A DNA stretch of 64,000 nucleotides, taken from Setoptus koraiensis. Its lineage: Eukaryota; Animalia; Arthropoda. Within the stretch, counting starts at the first letter, position 1; each line of letters opens with the position of its first letter. The notes beneath the pieces were generated by a model. That model saw only the letters and a list, made by a program, of their open reading frames with translations. It was not told the DNA's origin and did no database searches. The translations under genes and the position numbers were made by a program. Of this stretch, positions 58,537 through 64,000 are shown in pieces. Location: NCBI GenBank assembly GCA_048013815.1, contig CM106586.1, forward strand, positions 19,406,001-19,470,000, in the 5' to 3' direction.

Positions 58537-61500
58537 TTATTGTTCAGCCGTGGGCTTGTCCGATTGGCTGGCGGTCGCTTGTTGTTGTTGCTGTTGTTGT
58601 TGTTGTTGTTGTTGCTGTATTTTTTTGCACGTTGCGCTGTGACGGGCGGGCGCCATTAGCTTGCTGGCGATAAACTCCTTCTCCAAATTAACCAATGGAT
58701 ATTCAAATATCACAGTCACGAGCAATGCAATGGGATATAATGTTACAAATAAATTAAGTAATATAGACAGTATTTCGCGCGTGCCGGCCGTCGGTATAGA
58801 ATTGTATCTGAATATGTGATAATAAATAGCCTCGCATTGCAACAACAACAGCGCGTAATTGATGCGCGACACTCGAATTAAGAACGGATGACTGAGCCAG
58901 TGTTTCACTGAGGGCCACTGGTTGAACGACAGCGTCACAAACACCAAGCTGACGCCCAGACCCATGCAAAAATGGTCAATGGTGTAAAATGAGGAGGCCA
59001 GCAGCTTGGCGTGAACGTCAAGCGATTCGGGAAAATAGTGATTGAGTACGTAGCTAATGACGCTGATGAGAGCGGTCAGAGACAGACCCGCCACGGCCAC
59101 CACGGTGCGCATTGACGACGACGACGACGACGACGACAAGGGGGCGCCCGGCGCGCCATTTGTACGGGCCGTGTACATGCGCGACTGCCACTTGCCCGAC
59201 TGGACCATGTACACGAAGTGGCCCGCCAGAATGCCCATGATGTAGGTGCAGATCCGGTACTGGGGGTGCGTGTAGGTGCGCGGGATGTCGTAGCCGACCC
59301 TGCTCGGTATTTGAATGGTGGGCACAGTTTGAATGGTGGGCACAGTTTGAATGGTGGGCACAGTTTGAATGGTGGGCATCGGAGTAGAGGGTATAGTTAG
59401 TATGGGTATGGATAAAAGCAGAGGTGTAGATAAAATATGGTTATAAAATATAATTATCTGTGTCATGCACGCACCTGCGGAAGACGTCCGCGCGCGGGCG
59501 CACCATCTCGAGGTAGTTGGCCGACGCTGAGTTGTAAATCTCCTGAAAGCGAATGGCGCACGAGGCCACAATGAGCGCCCCAGAGAACGACCAGCCCCAA
59601 CGGGGCGACTTGGCCAACAGATAAATGATGATGGGGCTGGCCAGCCAGAATTGCATGTCGCACGATATGTACCACGAGGTGATCATGCACTCGTCGTATA
59701 TTCCGTGCAAATTTGATGTGAGCGTCACCGGATACCACCAGCTCTCCTGGTTGCACAGGCCCCTGAAGGTAATGCTGCTGGTGCCGTAGTCCCAGAGAGG
59801 CCCCGAGCCCATGTGTTGCACGACGGACTTTGAGAACCAAAAGGCCAGTATGTACAGGGGGGCCAGACGCCAGTATCTGTGAAAGAACAGGTAGCACCAG
59901 AGTGCGGGCTTCATCTTGAACGCTTGGCCCTTGTTGAACAACACATAGGCGGCCAAGAAGCCTGTCATGGTGAAGAACAGATCCACGCCAAAGGTGCCCC
60001 CGATGAAGAAGTGAATGAGCAAGTTGAGCAGTGTGTCGCAATCGAGAATGTTTTTGGTCGTTTGGGCCGTCAGCAGCATTATGTGCGAGTTTATGATCCA
60101 CAGCATGGCCATGGCCTTGATGGCATTCAAGAATCGCAAATCAAGTTGGCCGTCGTCGGGCCGGCCCTCGCCGCCCGTCACCTGTCGCGGTTGTTGTTGT
60201 TGCTGTTGTTGTTGTTGTTGCTGTTGTTGCTGCTGTTGCCTGCCCGCGCTGTCGCTGGCTGCGTTGTTGGCTGCAATCAAATCCGGTTGTTGGTGCTTGT
60301 GGTTAGCATTGATTGTCGAGCCAACCTGTTGCTGCCGCTCTTGTTGAGTCGGCTGTTGTGCCGGTTGTTGCTGCTGCTGCTGCTCGACGTGCATGAACTT
60401 GTTGTAGTTGGCTCTAAACGAAAACGTTTGCACCAGTTTGTCAGTTGTGGAGCGGCTTGGCGGGCCGCCGTCGTCGGGCGAGCAGCCGGCCGCCTCTTGG
60501 CTCGTGGCGGCGCCACGAGCGCCCGCCAAATCGCGGTACGTCGCCCACAGGGTGACCGCCAGCCAGGCCCCGATGAAGTAGCAGAATAGGGTCGCCGACG
60601 AGTCCATTTGGCGCAGCGCGCTAGTCTCGTCGGGCAAACAATACAGATCAAACAGATCATAGTCCTTGAAGGGCCGTTCCAATTTGGAAGTGGTCAATAG
60701 TTTTAGTTGCGAGCGTAGCGATGCCGTCAGCGAATTCGAATCACAGCTACTGGGCAGGCAAATGCCCAATTGTAAACGAAACAACTTTGTATAGTCCTGG
60801 CGCTGCTTGTCGCTCTTGAAGAAGTTCTTCTTGCTGACCAGCCGGTCTTGGGCCATATCCCACCATTTGGGCGACTTAAGCGACGCCACGCAATACCGGC
60901 CCCGGAAGTCTACAACGCTGTTGTCGGCGGGCTCGATGTCGAATATGTGCCTGTGGGTGCACTCTTGATGGTCGCCGGTCCAAAACACGTTGCCCAACAA
61001 TATGCCAGACTCTTGTTTGGCGTACGAATCGAAGAAGGCAGCCAATTCGGGCGTTGTGGCCTGGTCCTGGTAGCCGCCGCCGCTCGATGTTTCCGACAGC
61101 TTGAGATTTTTCACTAGATAGTTGATGTGTCGCCGGCACTGAGTTTGCGACACGACATTGGGGTCGGACGAGCGCCTTCTATCGTCGTCGTTGTCATAGG
61201 TGAAAATATAAAACGGTGATAGTCTATGGTCGTTGATTTTGTCCAGTGTTTCAAACACCAAATGGTCATAGGTGATAGGTGTTGTGGTGTCTATGTCATT
61301 TTGAAAATATTTGTATATTGTGTTTGTTTCGTTTGATATGTATGTGCGTGCTTTATCTTCGATGTGGCCCGACTTGAAGTGCTCTGACACTCTCAGGTGG
61401 CCCCTGTCGAAACGTCGACGTGGATATCTGTAGGCGGTGGTTTGAATATTGTTCAATATTGTTGAGAACATCAAATAACATGTTGTCAACAACAACAAAA

Positions 61501-61537
61501 GAATTCTGCTTATATTGCGGCTGGTCAACGTGATCAT
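58537..61537 (-). CDS. nrf-6: NRF-6-type O-acyltransferase (NRF domain + acyltransferase 3), 2 exons, 941 aa
   Basis: Exons 61537-59475 and 59299-58537 (phase 2, GTGCGT...GCAG). FFDSYAKQESGILLGNVFWTGDHQEC, GRYC, LGICLPSSC, LRFLNAIKAMAMLWIINSH, GVDLFFTMTGFL, HRYWRLAP, SWYISCDMQFW, YTHPQYRICTYIMG. Confidence 0.92.
59310..59378 (+). repeat. 18-bp tandem repeat x3.8 in the nrf-6 intron
   Basis: TTTGAATGGTGGGCACAG at 59310, 59328 and 59346, plus a partial copy at 59364. Confidence 0.95.
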
Positions 61538-63348
61538 TTTGTTGCTGTCACTATGTTAAAGGCTAACTTTCTCACTACAATAACTGCTATTCTTTTTCTA
61601 TTATATGTAATCGTCTTCTCTCAATATAATTATATATACTATGTGTGCGTTATCTTGTCGCTGTAATTGGCTCTAATTAATTCCTGTCTGATGATTGAAT
61701 TAGTTGTATATGTTGCGCTTGATCGCACTTTGTGCCAACTGATAACTGAATGCTGATTGATGATGACTATATATTCAAATGTGATAACTATTTGTCCCAT
61801 TACGGATACTTACATACATTTATTTATATATATATATACACACATATATAGATATAGACAGATACTCATATATAGATAGATATGTGTCAGTGTTGGTGTT
61901 GTTTGTAAAAGTATCAGCAAACACTGATCAAACTTGTACCTGCACTTTATTATTTTTTGTTAAATTGTACGCTAACACTGCCAATTTGACGATACTATTA
62001 TTTTACCAAGCCAGCACAACACTTGACGAAATTGGTTACATAATTCACCGATCGGTGGCGTTCACTATTGCACTCTTCTCAACAACACACGCGACAAGCG
62101 ACACCTGCTTGACGTGCCACAAACTCAAAGTGTGTTTTCAGTGCGCGTTCACAAACTACCATCTAGCTATGGCTCCATTTCAGTCAAACTGCTACAACTC
62201 ATGAACAGTTTATGCTAAAAGTTGGTGGCAAGATCAAGAATTTGATAAGACGACAGAGAGTGAGCAAGACAAGGGAAATTACTCTCGCACACAGACACAA
62301 ACGCACAAATTCAACGTATAAAACTTTTGTTTGCATCAAACTTTCCCTTTCACCAACGTCGACAACTATTGATTGCACTCACTTGTTTGCAGCTTTGATC
62401 AGCCTTGATCAATCAACTTGACAGTGTTAGCCCGATGATTGTTTGAAAGAAAGATTTTATATCTATAATTAAATTCGCCATTATGATTAGATAACAAATC
62501 ATTGCGCCCTTTCCCGACAGTGTCTGATTTGAAGGGATACTAACTCAGGATTCGAGCAATCGTCCCAAAGAACTCAGCACCCATGACGATTGCCCGGGTG
62601 AGAACGTCCCGACGCCATCGGGCGCATGGTAAACACCCACATATCATCGGCGCACTGTTGACGTAACAGAAAAAAACCAAAAGTGTCAGTGTCTGCGAAA
62701 TGTGCCTTATCGAGATGGGTCAGTGTCGCTACTTGAACACTTGTCTAGTGGTGCACTTAAGCTTAAGTTGATGACTGGAAACAAATAAATTACATAACTA
62801 CTTTATACATTTGTAATTATTCTTGCTAACAGCTTTGACTGTACACCATCAATCAAATCGTTTGCATAGGTGCATCATTCATGGATTTTGAGTGACTATT
62901 TGCAGCATCGACGGGAGTTCATGAAACTCAAAAGTTGTTCCAGTGGAAACAACGGTTTGAACTTGTTAATAGCGCGCATCTCCATGAGATGGCGCACAGG
63001 CCATGTCAAAACGTTGTCACACAGTGAACCTCGCCTCTCGCTTCTTTTCTTTGCCCAACAGCCAACAGCTGATGCTGGTCAGTGAGTGCGATTTTATAAA
63101 AATATGCACAAACAAACATTCACCTACACCTGTAATTGAGTCATTTTGTATCATTTGCATACACAGTTCACTACAATTACAATTAACTTTTGCTATTTAT
63201 TATTATTAAAATATAATTGTCTACTGGCCGGGCTAGGTATCAGCAGGACACTGGGCGAAGGAGCGAGGAATATGAGTATAAACAGGCAATAAACAACAGG
63301 ACCATCGCACTGAATTGTACTTAAATCTGTTGCTGTTGCCGGTATAAG

Positions 63349-64000
63349 ATGGATGTAAATTGCGTGGTCATAGATGCCGACTCAATCAGTACTTTCACCT
63401 CGCAAACAAACAAGTGCCTGAATCAATTGTCCATAAAAGACGACAATGACACCAATGATGCAACAACCAATCTGGCAAACGGCGCATATTTTGCGACAGA
63501 AATCGACGATATACAGGAGACAGAAGTGATAAAGTTTTGGGAATCTATTATCAAGCAGCAGAGCTTGAATAATAAAATGAAGAACAACAACTCAAACGCT
63601 AACAACATCACTATTGGCAATAGATACTGTGACAGTCCTGTGGCGTACACGGACAAAAAGGACATGTTTCAATTCGTCACCATATACAGAGATCTTATTC
63701 ATTCTGGTCAGCTCACAAACAAAATCATTAACATGGAATTCTCCTACTGGTCGGCTGTTGCCGACATGCTCCAAACGAGAGATTTAGCTTTAATGGATCT
63801 GGAAAGGAAAAGCACCGTGGAAATAGAATCCGCCATCAAACAATTGGGCAAGGCGCACACAGAGGACAGCATTAGTTCGTTGTCGTCGATATTAGGCCAA
63901 GACATGGCCCAAATGACCGCCAACTGGAACAGATCCATCGATGCCTTGAAGGACTCACAGCGCGACGAATTTCGCGAAAAACTCAAAGAGATTTGGGTAG
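63349..64000 (+). CDS. C12orf4: C12orf4/FERRY3 (DUF2362) homolog, 3'-partial
   Basis: Frame open from ATG 63349 to the window end, so it is absent from the ORF track. FVTIYRDLIHSGQLTNKIINMEFSYWSAVADMLQTRDLAL...IKQLGKAHTEDSISSL...NWNRSIDALKDSQRDEF matches the remembered FADVYHDLIHSP...LEHNY...ERDVEL...QELGKSLTDQDVNSL...KWSNEL...QKQEY. Confidence 0.85.
   Translation, partial: MDVNCVVIDADSISTFTSQTNKCLNQLSIKDDNDTNDATTNLANGAYFATEIDDIQETEVIKFWESIIKQQSLNNKMKNNNSNANNITIGNRYCDSPVAYTDKKDMFQFVTIYRDLIHSGQLTNKIINMEFSYWSAVADMLQTRDLALMDLERKSTVEIESAIKQLGKAHTEDSISSLSSILGQDMAQMTANWNRSIDALKDSQRDEFREKLKEIWV

Noticed and set aside
59463-60661. ORFs 59879-60589 (+), 59463-60101 (-) and 60277-60660 (-)
   Set aside because: Opposite-strand or alternative-frame shadows of the GC-rich nrf-6 exon.
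62500-62760. Hairpin GCAATCGTC/GACGATTGC as a possible ncRNA or tRNA
   Set aside because: No cloverleaf and no snRNA, RNase P/MRP or box C/D/H/ACA consensus found.

Overview
This is eukaryotic (arthropod) genomic DNA, not prokaryotic. The tiny intergenic gaps, intron-stripped housekeeping genes and CAA/AAC-rich low complexity suggest a miniaturised mite genome, possibly eriophyoid; that taxonomy is inference only. The supplied ORF track breaks up spliced genes, so I rebuilt exon chains by hand from GT-AG sites, phase arithmetic and remembered family motifs. About 16 protein genes are supported: 5'-partial ANKFN1/wide awake (10 exons in window, about 2,424 aa), a C-terminally short DNAJC11, ELOVL, MBLAC1, a 2-exon secreted Tyr/Ser/Pro-rich protein only partly in the ORF track, tubby, LAMTOR4, SRP19, PTCD1, SPT16, a 76-aa FSAF1/C1orf131-like protein, LMF2-like, a 6-exon alpha-carbonic anhydrase, a small RING-H2 protein, an NRF-6-type acyltransferase, and 3'-partial C12orf4/FERRY3. 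There is also a degenerate PCGF/BMI1-type RING relic. No rRNA, tRNA, CRISPR array or intact transposon was recognised. Leads worth following: a roughly 70%-identical 162-bp element at equivalent positions in two divergent promoters; very large low-complexity insertions inside conserved folds (363 aa inside the tubby domain); ETS and CAGGTAG motif clusters; and many 3' splice sites lacking polypyrimidine tracts. All family calls come from recalled motifs, and no database search was run.
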